This document shows positions 40,333 through 50,719 of a stretch of DNA of 64,000 bases, one piece after another. A program made the position numbers and the translations under genes. Location of the stretch: NCBI GenBank assembly GCA_963663035.1, contig OY760074.1:2944001-3008000 (forward strand), in the 5' to 3' direction. The notes beneath the pieces were generated by a model that had not been told where the DNA came from, searched no databases, and worked only from the letters and a program-made list of their open reading frames with translations. The stretch is from Acidobacteriota bacterium (GTDB taxonomy: Bacteria > Acidobacteriota > UBA6911 > RPQK01 > JADFOI01). Position 1 is the first letter of the stretch, and every line of letters begins with the position of its first letter.

Positions 40333-43169
40333 TGTCGCAGAGAATAAACACCGGATTTATTCAAGCTCTGGTTAAACGTGACCTCCGGAAATATTTCACC
40401 AATCCCACCGGTTACGTTTTCATCACGCTTTTTATTTTTCTCAGTGCGGCAGCAGCCTTCTGGCCCAATCGCTTTTTCCTCAACAATCTGGCTAACCTGA
40501 ACCAGTTGAACGCCGTGTTTCCCTATCTCCTGGTGTTCTTTATTCCGGCCTTAACCATGGCAGTATGGGCTGAGGAAAAAAAGCAGGGAACAGATGAGCT
40601 GCTCTTGACGCTTCCAGCGACCAGCCTTGAAATCGTTTTAGGCAAGTACCTGGCCACTCTGGGAATCTACACAGCTTCACTGCTGCTGTCCTTAAGCCAC
40701 GTCTTGGTCCTGTTCTGGCTGGGAAGTCCGGATCTGGGTCTGATGTTCAGCAATTATGTCGGTTATTGGTTGATCGGCGCGGCCATGATTTCCCTGGGAA
40801 TGCTGGCCTCTCTTTTGACCTCTAACGCAACCATTTCCTTTGTCCTTGGAGCTGCTTTGTGTTCCTTTTTTGCATTCATTGAGTCGGTAGCTGCCGTGAG
40901 TGAGAGTCTGGCTCGACTCCTGTCCCCTTTGGGTGTCTTTGACTCCTTCACTGACTTTTCCCTAGGGGTCATGAGCTTTTCAGGGCTACTTTATTTTACC
41001 TCCATGACGGCCTTGCTACTCTACTTCAATGTTCTGCTGCTGGAAAAAAGGCACTGGCCCCGCCAGGCGGAGGGGCATCCCATGTGGTTGCACCATCTGA
41101 TCCGGACAGTAGCGCTCATCATTGTAGTCATCAGCATCAATGTCATCCTGGGAAGGACCAGCGTGGCCCGAGTAATGCGCCTGGATACTACAGCCGAGCG
41201 GCTCCATTCGCTCAGTGGCGCAACAAGGGAATTGCTCGCAGATCTCCCCGAAGACCGCCCTGTGTTTATCCAGGCCTTTGTGAGCCCGGATATGCCGGAA
41301 CAATTGGTGCAAACCCGCGAAAACTTACTGGGAGTCCTTAATGAAGTGGATTCCATCGGTGGAGCCAGCGTACAAGTGCTGATTGAAGAAACCGAGTCCT
41401 TCACCCAAGCAGCACGTGATGCTCGAGAAAAGTTTGGAATTACCCCAAGACAGGTGCCCAATCTGGGAAGTGCCCGAGCCGGATACTCCGAAGCCTTCAT
41501 GGGCTTAGCCTTTACTAGCGGCGCTCAGGAACACGTGATTCCCTTTCTAGACAGAGGGTTGTCTGCAGAATATGAAATCACGCGAAGTATTCGTGTGATT
41601 GCCCAGACAGACCGCAAGAAGATCGGAGTGCTGGACACCGAAGCCAAGATCTTTGGCGGATTCGACTTTCAGACCATGCAAACCACCACGCCATGGTCGG
41701 TGGTAGAAGAACTGAAGAAACAGTATGAAGTCGTTCGGGTTATCTCTACCGGACCTATCCCGGAGGATCTCGACGGATTACTCGTCGCTTTGCCCTCTTC
41801 CCTCCCGCAACCGCAAATGGACCGTCTGCTCGCCTACATTGAGGCAGGAAATCCTACCCTGCTGTTGATCGACTCTTTACCCGTGATCAATCTCTCACTC
41901 GGCCCGTCAGAGCGAGCCGGTGCCAATATGAATCCTTTTCTGGCACAGCAGAGTGCTCCGCCTGAGGAAAAAGGGAATATCCAAGCGTTTATGTCCAAGA
42001 TTGGAGTCAGTTGGAATTCTGCCAGTGTCGTTTGGGATTCCTACAATCCTCATCCCAATCTTGCCCAACTACCTCCTGAATTTGTCTTTGTCGGCAAGGG
42101 AAATGAAAACTCCGAAACCTTCAATGAGCAGCACCCGAGTAGCGCCAGTTTGCAGGAACTGGTCTTGTTGTATCCTGGACAAATCGATCAGGCGGCCGGC
42201 ACCGACTACGAGTTTGAGCCGCTGCTGAAGTCGGGTTTTATCTCTGGACAATTCAGCTATTTTCAAATGGTCCAGGAGACCTTTCTGGGATTGCAGGTCA
42301 TCCATAATCTTCCCTATCGACCTGATGACAGGGACTACGTCCTGGCTGCCCACATCCAGGGACCGAAAGAGAGCACTGAGGCTGAAGTGACCATCGACGC
42401 TGAAGTGGCCACCGACGCTGAAGTGGCCACCGACGCTGAAGTGGCCACCGACGCTGAAGTGACCACCACCGACGCTGAAGTGACCACCCAGGAGATTGAG
42501 AGCAGTTCCGAGGATTCCACCGCGGAGGAAACCGATGAAGGCCCTGCCCCAGCTAAACCTCTGGACGTCATCATCATCGCCGACCTGGACTTCATTTCCG
42601 AGCAATTCTTTCAGATCCGAGCAGGGGGACTGGAGAACCTCCACTTCGACAACATCACCTTCTTTCTAAACAGTATCGATGTCCTCATAGGTGATGAGTC
42701 CTTCATCACCTTGCGCAACAAGCGAGTTCGACACCGAACCTTGGAACGGGTTGAGGACCAAACTCGCAACTTTATCGCGGAGGGCCTGCAGAAGGAAGAG
42801 GAGGCCGAAGCGGAAGCGGACCAGGCTCTGGCCCAGGCTCAGCAGCGGCTAACTGAAAAGGTCGAGGAGGTACGGCAACGCCCAGATCTGGACGCTCAGA
42901 CCAAACAGATTATGGCTCAAAATATCCAGGAGGTGGAGAACCGTCGATTTGAGGTTTTAAGGGCCAACATCGAAGCGGAAAAAGAGGCAAAACTCAACAG
43001 TAGCAAGGAGAATATGGAAGAGCAGATCCGGAGAATTCAGGGCAACATCAAAACCTTCGCGGTCATGCTGCCACCAATCCCTGTCTTTGCTCTGGGCGTA
43101 CTGATTTTTGTGCGCCGCCAGCGTCGGGAAAGGGAGGGGGCCGCAGCCGCTCGCAGACTGAGGGCATAG
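40329..43169 (+). CDS. ABC permease fused to a GldG-like auxiliary domain
   Basis: WAEEKKQGTDELLLTLP permease, LDTTAERLHSLS, IIADLDF, C-terminal TM. Confidence 0.85.
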   Translation: MMSQRINTGFIQALVKRDLRKYFTNPTGYVFITLFIFLSAAAAFWPNRFFLNNLANLNQLNAVFPYLLVFFIPALTMAVWAEEKKQGTDELLLTLPATSLEIVLGKYLATLGIYTASLLLSLSHVLVLFWLGSPDLGLMFSNYVGYWLIGAAMISLGMLASLLTSNATISFVLGAALCSFFAFIESVAAVSESLARLLSPLGVFDSFTDFSLGVMSFSGLLYFTSMTALLLYFNVLLLEKRHWPRQAEGHPMWLHHLIRTVALIIVVISINVILGRTSVARVMRLDTTAERLHSLSGATRELLADLPEDRPVFIQAFVSPDMPEQLVQTRENLLGVLNEVDSIGGASVQVLIEETESFTQAARDAREKFGITPRQVPNLGSARAGYSEAFMGLAFTSGAQEHVIPFLDRGLSAEYEITRSIRVIAQTDRKKIGVLDTEAKIFGGFDFQTMQTTTPWSVVEELKKQYEVVRVISTGPIPEDLDGLLVALPSSLPQPQMDRLLAYIEAGNPTLLLIDSLPVINLSLGPSERAGANMNPFLAQQSAPPEEKGNIQAFMSKIGVSWNSASVVWDSYNPHPNLAQLPPEFVFVGKGNENSETFNEQHPSSASLQELVLLYPGQIDQAAGTDYEFEPLLKSGFISGQFSYFQMVQETFLGLQVIHNLPYRPDDRDYVLAAHIQGPKESTEAEVTIDAEVATDAEVATDAEVATDAEVTTTDAEVTTQEIESSSEDSTAEETDEGPAPAKPLDVIIIADLDFISEQFFQIRAGGLENLHFDNITFFLNSIDVLIGDESFITLRNKRVRHRTLERVEDQTRNFIAEGLQKEEEAEAEADQALAQAQQRLTEKVEEVRQRPDLDAQTKQIMAQNIQEVENRRFEVLRANIEAEKEAKLNSSKENMEEQIRRIQGNIKTFAVMLPPIPVFALGVLIFVRRQRREREGAAAARRLRA
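42381..42488 (+). repeat. In-frame 18-bp tandem repeat (AEVATD), about six units
   Basis: GCTGAAGTGGCCACCGAC units, one extended by ACC. Confidence 0.95.
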
Positions 43170-43171
43170 TC

Positions 43172-44542
43172 ATGGGTGAAACAAAGAAAACAATGACCTG
43201 GGCCGGTGCAGCTGTCTTGTTGCTGGTGCTGGCCTTCCTGACGGCACCGAGAGGGGTTACCCCGGACGCGTTCCTGGATCAAGGCGAGGCCTTTTTTCCT
43301 GAATTCACGGACCCCAATGTTGCTACCACCCTGGAGGTCATAGAATTTGACGAGGAGACGGCAGCTTCCCGACCCTTCAAGGTGACCTTTACCCAGGGAA
43401 AGTGGACCATACCCTCGCACCATAACTATCCCGCTGACGGACAAGACCGGTTGGCCAGAACGGCTGCCGGCGTTATCGACATCAGGAAAGATGATTTTCG
43501 TTCCAACAATGTGGCAGACCACGAGGCCTGTGGTGTGATTGACCCTTTGGACCAAACAGTCACCACTCTCAAGGGCCGGGGAAAGCGCGTCACCATCAAG
43601 GGAGAAAGCGATCAAGTCCTGGCAGACTTGATCATCGGAAGCAGTCTGGAAGGCAGGGAAAACTTTCGCTTTGTCAGGATTCCCGATCAGAAAAGGGTCT
43701 ACGTGGCCCGTATCAATATCGACATATCCACTGAATTTGAAGACTGGATTGAACGCGATCTGCTGCAAGTCGACCAGCGCAACATCCAACAGATTACTTT
43801 AAACGACTACTCGGTTAACGAACGGACCGGCACCATCAATCAAGGCGAAGTGGTCATACTCGACAGGACAGATGACACCTGGAGCGCCAATGGCATGTCC
43901 TCCAACCAGGAGGTGGACTCTACCAAGATCACAGACTTCTTAAGAGCAATCGATGAACTCCCCATTGTTGGTGTGCGACCAAAACCGGAGGGTCTGTCTA
44001 AGAATCTCAGTCGGTCTGAGGAAGGAAGCGAAATCTCTCCGGCAGATGTTCTTTCTCTGCAGAGCAAAGGGTACTACTTCACAAGAGATAGTAATCTGGT
44101 CTCCAATGAAGGTGAAGTGGAGGTACAGACAAGCCAAGGAGTGATTTACACCCTGCGCTTTGGTGAGATCCTCTTTGGTACTGGTGAGGCCGTGACGGCA
44201 GGCACCAACTTCAGCAGCGAGGAGGATACAGAGAGTGGCCCCGGCGAGAATAGATACCTGTTTATCACGACATCGTTCGACTCGAAGCGGTTTCCCGAGC
44301 CAGCTCAGCCTGGCAGCACGGATTACCTGAACAAGCCCGAAGAGGATTGGACCGATGCCGATCGAAAGAATAAAGAGCTCCAAGACAGCCACGACCAATG
44401 GCAGCAACAGATGACAACAGGCCAGGAGCTTTCAGATCAACTGAATGCTCGTTTTGCGGACTGGTACTATGTCATTTCTTCAAGCAGTTTCGATAAGGTT
44501 CACCTGAAGCGAAGCGATCTGGTCAAGAGAAAGGACTCTTAA
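43172..44542 (+). CDS. DUF4340-like protein
   Basis: N-terminal anchor, WTIPSHHNYPAD, position after GldG-like gene. Confidence 0.7.
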   Translation: MGETKKTMTWAGAAVLLLVLAFLTAPRGVTPDAFLDQGEAFFPEFTDPNVATTLEVIEFDEETAASRPFKVTFTQGKWTIPSHHNYPADGQDRLARTAAGVIDIRKDDFRSNNVADHEACGVIDPLDQTVTTLKGRGKRVTIKGESDQVLADLIIGSSLEGRENFRFVRIPDQKRVYVARINIDISTEFEDWIERDLLQVDQRNIQQITLNDYSVNERTGTINQGEVVILDRTDDTWSANGMSSNQEVDSTKITDFLRAIDELPIVGVRPKPEGLSKNLSRSEEGSEISPADVLSLQSKGYYFTRDSNLVSNEGEVEVQTSQGVIYTLRFGEILFGTGEAVTAGTNFSSEEDTESGPGENRYLFITTSFDSKRFPEPAQPGSTDYLNKPEEDWTDADRKNKELQDSHDQWQQQMTTGQELSDQLNARFADWYYVISSSSFDKVHLKRSDLVKRKDS

Positions 44543-44704
44543 CCGCCCACTGAAACGGGTGCGAACCCCTCCACAGAAGTCAACAGTGACAGCGCTCACT
44601 GAAAGTCAACCCTCCTCCTGTGTCTACTGTAGGTACTCTTGTAAAATGTCGGACAGCAGTGAGTGGATGAAATCTCTCGCTGCTCAAACTTCCGGTCGAC
44701 GACT

Positions 44705-47116
44705 ATGAGCAAGCCAGAAGAAGACATTTCCGAGGCTGTGAAAGAGAAGAGTTCCAAGGCCGCAGATGCGAACGAAACGGGAGTCGTCCTTGCCGGTGAG
44801 GTCTTACCCGCTTCACTTCCCATTATGCCCATAAGGCCTCGTCCTCTTTTTCCAGGCATCCATATTCCCTTGGCAGTCAGAGAGGATCAGCTCTCTGTAG
44901 TGGAGTGGGCATTGGAGTCAGCCCCTCAAACTTTGGGGTTGGTACTGGTAAGGGATGTGGAAGGAGAGGACAGTACAAAGAACCTTTACCGGGTGGGCGT
45001 AGCGGGCAAGATTCTCAAGGCCATTAAGGAGGATCAGGGAAATGCTCATGTCCTGATCAGCTGCCTGGAACGCTTCACAATTCAGGAGGTAGGAGAGACC
45101 CCCAAGGGACTCCTGGCACGGGTTAAGTATCACCATGCCGCGGAACTCTCTCCAAACCAGGAACTGAAGGCATACGCCATGGCTATCATTTCCACTCTGA
45201 GAGAGCTCACCAGCCTCAATCCCCTCCATGCTGAGACAATCAGGCTATTTCTCAGTCGCTCTTCACTGGATGATCCAGGAAAGTTGGCAGACTTTGCTGC
45301 AAGTTTAACCACAGCAGATGGGAAAGAACTGCAGGGAATCCTCGAGGCCTTTGACGTGCGCAAGCGTATAAATCGAACGCTAGTGCTGCTGAAAAAGGAA
45401 CTGGAAGTGTTCAAGCTGCATCAGAGGATCACCAAGCAAATTGAAGAAAAGATGACCTCGCAACAGCGAGAGTTCTTCCTCAAAGAGCAGCTGAAAGCCA
45501 TCAAACAGGAACTGGGGATTGAAAAAGAGGGGAAAGCTGCTGAGATCGAAAGGTTCCAGGAAAGGCTGGAACATTTAAGCCTCAATCCAGAAGCCCAGCA
45601 AGCCATCGATGAAGAAATGGGTAAGCTGAAAATCTTGGAGCCACTTTCTCCTGAGTATACGGTTACCCGAAACTATCTGGATTGGCTCACGATTTTACCT
45701 TGGGGAAAACAAAGTCAGGACAACTACGACTTGAAAAGAGCCAAAGAGATACTCGATCGTGACCATTTCGGGCTGGAAGATGTCAAAACTCGGATCTTGG
45801 AGTTTATCGCGGTGGGGAAAATGAAAGGGGACATAGCAGGTTCGATCCTGTGTCTTGTGGGACCTCCAGGTGTCGGGAAGACTTCGATTGGAATGAGCAT
45901 GGCTGATGCTCTGGACCGCAAGTTTTTTCATTTTTCCCTGGGAGGAATGAGAGACGAAGCAGAAATTAAAGGGCACCGCCGCACCTACATCGGGGCAATG
46001 CCGGGGAAATTTATCCAGGCCATGAAGAGCGTAGGCACTTCTAACCCGGTCATTATGCTGGATGAAATTGACAAAGTCGGAGCCTCCTTCCGTGGCGATC
46101 CAGCCTCGGCGTTGCTAGAGGTCTTGGATGCCGAACAAAATCCCTACTTTCGCGATCACTATCTGGATGTACCGTTCGACCTTTCGAATGTGTTGTTCGT
46201 GACAACTGCCAATCAACTTGACACTGTTCCGGCTCCCTTGATCGATCGCATGGAGGTCATTCGCCTATCAGGATATATCCTGGAAGAGAAGGTAGAGATT
46301 GCTCGTCGTTTCCTGATACCGAAGGCTCTCAAAAACCATGGACTGAAGAAACAACAGCTGAGCATCCGAAAAGATGCCCTGCTGAGAATTGTGGACGGAT
46401 ACGCACGAGAGGCGGGAGTTCGTGCCTTGGAGAAACAGATCAGGAAGATCATGAGAAAGGCCGCCTTGAAGTTCTCCGAGAAGTCCCAAGGGAAACTAGT
46501 CGTGTCCAAGAGCGATGTGGAAACTTATCTGGGAGGTCCGGTTTTCACACAGGAGAAACTTCTTGAGGATCGACCTGGAATCGTGACGGGTCTTGCCTGG
46601 ACTAACTTCGGTGGTGCGACGCTTCAAATCGAAGCCACGGCTGTGGCTAGTGCTCGAAAAGGATTTAAACAAACCGGTCAGCTGGGTAATGTGATGGTGG
46701 AGAGTTCTGAAATCGCCTACTCCTATGTCATGGCCCACCTGAAAGAGTATGGTGCGAAATCAGACTATTTTGACCAGCACTTTGTGCATCTTCACGTACC
46801 CGCCGGCTCGACCCCGAAGGACGGGCCTTCGGCAGGAATCACCATGGCAGCATCGCTGATCTCAATGATTTCACAGAAAAAGGTTAAAAAGAACTTAGGC
46901 ATGACAGGCGAGCTATCGCTTACAGGTCGCGTGCTGCCCGTTGGGGGAGTAAAGGAAAAAGTCATTGCCGCTCGTCGGGTCGGGCTTGACACCCTCATCT
47001 TCCCGGAGGCGAATGAGAAGGATGTCACTGAGCTTCCAGACTATTTGCGAAGAGGCTTGACCTTTCACTTTGCGCGCGACTTTAAAGACGTCTACCGACT
47101 GGCTTTTCAGGAATAA
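44705..47116 (+). CDS. lon: ATP-dependent Lon protease
   Basis: GPPGVGKTS, DEAEIKGHRRTYIG, PKDGPSAG and GGVKEK motifs. Confidence 0.97.
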   Translation: MSKPEEDISEAVKEKSSKAADANETGVVLAGEVLPASLPIMPIRPRPLFPGIHIPLAVREDQLSVVEWALESAPQTLGLVLVRDVEGEDSTKNLYRVGVAGKILKAIKEDQGNAHVLISCLERFTIQEVGETPKGLLARVKYHHAAELSPNQELKAYAMAIISTLRELTSLNPLHAETIRLFLSRSSLDDPGKLADFAASLTTADGKELQGILEAFDVRKRINRTLVLLKKELEVFKLHQRITKQIEEKMTSQQREFFLKEQLKAIKQELGIEKEGKAAEIERFQERLEHLSLNPEAQQAIDEEMGKLKILEPLSPEYTVTRNYLDWLTILPWGKQSQDNYDLKRAKEILDRDHFGLEDVKTRILEFIAVGKMKGDIAGSILCLVGPPGVGKTSIGMSMADALDRKFFHFSLGGMRDEAEIKGHRRTYIGAMPGKFIQAMKSVGTSNPVIMLDEIDKVGASFRGDPASALLEVLDAEQNPYFRDHYLDVPFDLSNVLFVTTANQLDTVPAPLIDRMEVIRLSGYILEEKVEIARRFLIPKALKNHGLKKQQLSIRKDALLRIVDGYAREAGVRALEKQIRKIMRKAALKFSEKSQGKLVVSKSDVETYLGGPVFTQEKLLEDRPGIVTGLAWTNFGGATLQIEATAVASARKGFKQTGQLGNVMVESSEIAYSYVMAHLKEYGAKSDYFDQHFVHLHVPAGSTPKDGPSAGITMAASLISMISQKKVKKNLGMTGELSLTGRVLPVGGVKEKVIAARRVGLDTLIFPEANEKDVTELPDYLRRGLTFHFARDFKDVYRLAFQE

Positions 47117-47158
47117 TCGGGTTTGCTTCACCGCCTGAAGTATGCCACTATCCCGCCC

Positions 47159-49018
47159 ATGACCGAGGTCTTAACTCATGATCTCTTGATCGTAGGGGGG
47201 GGTGCAGCGGGTCTGAGAGCTGCCATCGCAGCGGTTGAGGTAGATCCCAACTTAGACATCGCCCTGGTGTCCAAGGTTTTTCCGATGCGCAGCCACACCG
47301 TTTCGGCGGAAGGAGGGTCGGCTGCGGTATTACGGGAAGATGACAACCTGGAGCTCCACGGTTTTGACACGGTGCGCGGAAGCGACTTTCTGGCTGACCA
47401 GGATGTGGTCGAACTCTTTGTGAAAAATGCGCCTGAGGAGATCATCCAACTGGAGCATTGGGGTTGTCCCTGGAGTCGTGACAGCGACGGGAAGATCAGC
47501 GCTCGGGCCTTTGGTGGAATGAGCGTGAAAAGAACCTTCTATGCTGCTGACAAGACCGGTTTCCATATGCTGCACGCCCTTTTTCAGACCTCGCTCAAAC
47601 ACGCTAGTATTCACCGTTACGATGAATGGTTTGTCAGCTCCTTGCTGGTGGAAGAGGGACGTTGTGTAGGGGTTACGGCGCTGGATTTGAACAGTGGAGA
47701 GCTCTATCCCATAGTGGCAAGAGCCGTTTTGCTGTGCACGGGAGGTGGCGGCCCTTTTTCAGACCTCGCTCTATTCCTTTTCAGCTCCTTGCTGGTGGAA
47801 GAGGGACGTTGTGTAGGGGTTACGGCGCTGGATTTGAACAGTGGAGAGCTCTATCCCATAGTGGCAAGAGCCGTTTTGCTGTGCACGGGAGGTGGCGGTC
47901 AGATCTTTCCTTTTACCACCAACGCCAGTATCAAAACCGGCGACGGGATGGCTCTGGCCTACCGGGCTGGCGCCGCACTCAAGGACATGGAGTTTGTCCA
48001 GTACCATCCCACCGGACTGCCAGGGACCGGAATTCTGATTACCGAAGCCTCCCGGGGAGAGGGAGGATACCTGGTTAACAATGAAGGGGAAAGATTTCTC
48101 GAGCGTTATATCCCGGGCAAGATGGAGCTGGGACCACGGGACATCCTCTCTCGGTCCATCATGACCGAAATGGAGGAGGGACGTGCCTTCGAAGGCCAAT
48201 ACGGTCAGTACGTTCACTTGGATCTGAGCCATTTGGGAGAAAAACTGATCGATGAGAAGCTCCCATTTGTCAGAGAACTGGTGGTCAAATTCGTAGGCAT
48301 CGACCCCGTCCACGTGCCCATTCCGGTACGCCCCGTGGTGCACTACATGATGGGGGGGGTGAGTACTGACATCAATGGCAAGACCTCTCTTTCCAGTCTC
48401 TCGGCCGCCGGCGAGGTGGCCTGCATTTCCCTCAACGGCGCCAATCGCCTGGGCTCCAATTCCCTGACGGAATGTCTCGTGTTTGGTGCACTCAGCGGAA
48501 GGGCAGCTGCCCAAGATGCCCTGGAGGGACAGCCCGTACCCCAGAACCCGGTTCAGCTGCTGGCTGAAGAGGAGCAAAAGCGCATTTCCGAGAAGTTCCT
48601 GGAAAAGGAGGGCGGTCAGGAACGGGTGAGCTCGCTTCGTGAAGAGATGCATCGGACCATGGAAGAAAATTGCGGCGTTTTTCGTACAGGGAAGGGACTA
48701 CAGGAGGCATGCACGACCCTGAGAGAACTGCGGGAACGCTTTGATGACGTTGTGATTGAGGATCGAGGCCATGTTTTCAATACCGAACTGATAGCTGCCC
48801 TGGAGCTTGACTTCATGCTCGATGCCGCTGAGTGCATCGCTCACTCGGCGCTGGCTCGCGAAGAATCACGTGGGGCTCACTCTCGTCTGGATTTTCCCCA
48901 GCGCTCCGACGAGAAATTCCTCCACCACCTCCTGGCTTACGCAACTCCCCAGGGACCTCGTCTCGAGCAGCAAGCGGTTACCATCACGCGCTGGCCGCCA
49001 CAGGAGAGAAAGTATTAG
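47159..49018 (+). CDS. frdA: Fumarate reductase/succinate dehydrogenase flavoprotein (with a 49-codon internal duplication)
   Basis: GGGAAG, RSHTVSAEGG, QYHPTG, GANRLGSNSL and ESRGAH motifs. Confidence 0.92.
   Translation: MTEVLTHDLLIVGGGAAGLRAAIAAVEVDPNLDIALVSKVFPMRSHTVSAEGGSAAVLREDDNLELHGFDTVRGSDFLADQDVVELFVKNAPEEIIQLEHWGCPWSRDSDGKISARAFGGMSVKRTFYAADKTGFHMLHALFQTSLKHASIHRYDEWFVSSLLVEEGRCVGVTALDLNSGELYPIVARAVLLCTGGGGPFSDLALFLFSSLLVEEGRCVGVTALDLNSGELYPIVARAVLLCTGGGGQIFPFTTNASIKTGDGMALAYRAGAALKDMEFVQYHPTGLPGTGILITEASRGEGGYLVNNEGERFLERYIPGKMELGPRDILSRSIMTEMEEGRAFEGQYGQYVHLDLSHLGEKLIDEKLPFVRELVVKFVGIDPVHVPIPVRPVVHYMMGGVSTDINGKTSLSSLSAAGEVACISLNGANRLGSNSLTECLVFGALSGRAAAQDALEGQPVPQNPVQLLAEEEQKRISEKFLEKEGGQERVSSLREEMHRTMEENCGVFRTGKGLQEACTTLRELRERFDDVVIEDRGHVFNTELIAALELDFMLDAAECIAHSALAREESRGAHSRLDFPQRSDEKFLHHLLAYATPQGPRLEQQAVTITRWPPQERKY
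47634..47898 (+). repeat. 118-bp direct duplication inside frdA
   Basis: 47634-47751 repeated at 47781-47898. Confidence 0.95.
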
Positions 49019-49068
49019 GCTGATGGATTTGCGCTGAGTGCCTCACTTCCTAAAGCGAAGGGTTGCCC

Positions 49069-49809
49069 ATGAACAAGATCAATATCACGGTCACACGCTA
49101 CAACCCAGAGAAGAGTTCTGAGCCTTATCAGCAAACCTATAGCATCCCTTTCAGTGAGGATATGGTGGTCCTTGATGGACTGAACTACATCAAAAACAAG
49201 GTGGATGGAACTCTCACTCACCGCTGGTCCTGTCGGATGGGTGTTTGTGGCAGCTGCGGCATGATGGTCAATGGCAGTCCCAAACTGACCTGTGAAACCT
49301 TCCTTCGAGACTACTACCCAGGAGATGTTCATGTCGGACCGCTGGACAATTTCAAAGTGATTCGCGATCTGGTCACTGACCTGAGCGATTTCATGGAGAA
49401 GCTCCAGGAAATCAAGCCCTGGATCATCCGTAAAGAGGAAAAACCCCTGGAGGAAGGTGAGTATCTGCAGTCACCGGCTGAGCTGAAGCAGTACCAGCAA
49501 TTCAGTATGTGCATCAACTGTATGATCTGCTACGCGGCTTGCCCAGTCTATGGCCATGACTCGAGCTTTCTGGGACCGGCCGCCATCGCCCTGGCCCACC
49601 GCTACAACATGGATTCACGGGATGAGGGCCAGGATCAGCGCGCCGAGATCATCGGAAGCAGCGAAGGGATCTGGGAATGCACCTTTGTGGGCGAGTGCAC
49701 TCGAGTTTGTCCCAAGCACGTTGATCCAGCAGCAGCCATTCAGCGTTCAAAAGTACAGCTCACCAAGGAGTACTTCCTCTCCCTGATCTGGCCCTGGGGG
49801 AAGCCATGA
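49069..49809 (+). CDS. frdB: Fumarate reductase iron-sulfur subunit
   Basis: WSCRMGVCGSC, CINCMICYAACP and CTFVGECTRVCPKHVDP. Confidence 0.93.
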   Translation: MNKINITVTRYNPEKSSEPYQQTYSIPFSEDMVVLDGLNYIKNKVDGTLTHRWSCRMGVCGSCGMMVNGSPKLTCETFLRDYYPGDVHVGPLDNFKVIRDLVTDLSDFMEKLQEIKPWIIRKEEKPLEEGEYLQSPAELKQYQQFSMCINCMICYAACPVYGHDSSFLGPAAIALAHRYNMDSRDEGQDQRAEIIGSSEGIWECTFVGECTRVCPKHVDPAAAIQRSKVQLTKEYFLSLIWPWGKP

Positions 49810-50228
49810 GTCAAAAAGAGACGCACCGGGACAACCTGCTCTATCAACCTCGCATGCGCCCATGGTGGTGGTTGCACAACAGGAATTATTTCCTGTTTAT
49901 GATCCGTGAACTCTCGGCTGTCTTTGTGGCTCTCTTTGTCTTGATTTATCTGGTGGGAGTTTACCGGTTAACTCAAGGTGAAGACGCTTATCAACTTTAT
50001 CTCAGTGCCCTTCAGACCCCTTTGGCGCAAGTACTCTTTGTCATCATCCTTCTGTTTTGCCTCTACCATTCCCTGACCTGGTTTCAGCTAACACCTATGG
50101 TGATGGTTGTACGCATCGGTCAAAAAGTGGTTCATCCAATGCTGGTGCTGGCAGCCAACTACCTCGCCTGGATCGTGCTCTCGCTGATCCTCTACTATCT
50201 CTTTGGTGGGAATTTAATATGGCTGTAA
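49806..50228 (+). CDS. frdC: Fumarate reductase anchor subunit C
   Basis: WW...FMIRE, HSLTWFQLTP, three TM helices. Confidence 0.85.
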   Translation: MSQKETHRDNLLYQPRMRPWWWLHNRNYFLFMIRELSAVFVALFVLIYLVGVYRLTQGEDAYQLYLSALQTPLAQVLFVIILLFCLYHSLTWFQLTPMVMVVRIGQKVVHPMLVLAANYLAWIVLSLILYYLFGGNLIWL

Positions 50229-50581
50229 GAGTCAAGACCACAGATCCCATCTGGTGGGCACTGTTTTCAGCAGGGGGAACGCTGGCCGCTTTTCTCCTAC
50301 CGGCTCACGTTCTCCTCACAGGAGTGGGAATCGCCTTTGGCTGGGTTTCCCCACAGATCCTCGCTTACCAGCGCCTCATCATCTTACTGGAGCATCCTCT
50401 TTTAAAGATTTACCTCTTTCTCCTGATCTCGCTGCCGCTTTTTCACTGGGCCCATCGCTTTCGATTCGTGTTGATGGACCTGGGACTCAGGAATCTGAAA
50501 ACTCCTGTTGCAGTCCTCTGTTACGGAGGGGCTGTGGCGGGGACAGTCCTGGCAGGTCTCTTGCTCTTCGTCTCCATCTAG
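50219..50581 (+). CDS. frdD: Fumarate reductase anchor subunit D
   Basis: DPIWWALFSAGG, HWAHR, LCYG. Confidence 0.85.
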   Translation: MAVRVKTTDPIWWALFSAGGTLAAFLLPAHVLLTGVGIAFGWVSPQILAYQRLIILLEHPLLKIYLFLLISLPLFHWAHRFRFVLMDLGLRNLKTPVAVLCYGGAVAGTVLAGLLLFVSI

Positions 50582-50715
50582 CCCGCTGCTCTCACACCAG
50601 GTCGTCGCGAAGCGGCGAAAGGACCGGCCTGACAAGGCGCTTGCGGGTCGCGGAACGCAGTCAGGTCAGATCATTGCGCCGATGCAGTAGAGCGGGCGTG
50701 AGAAGTGCGGGCTCA
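50578..50715 (-). mobile_element. MITE-like repeat, terminus type B, copy 1
   Basis: CTAG-CCCGCTGCTCTCACACC...GGCGTGAGAAGTGCGGG; core shared with type A. Confidence 0.82.
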
Positions 50716-50719
50716 GCCA

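Noticed and set aside
42381-42488. Possible CRISPR array
   Set aside because: The units are contiguous and in frame with no spacers; no cas genes are in the window.
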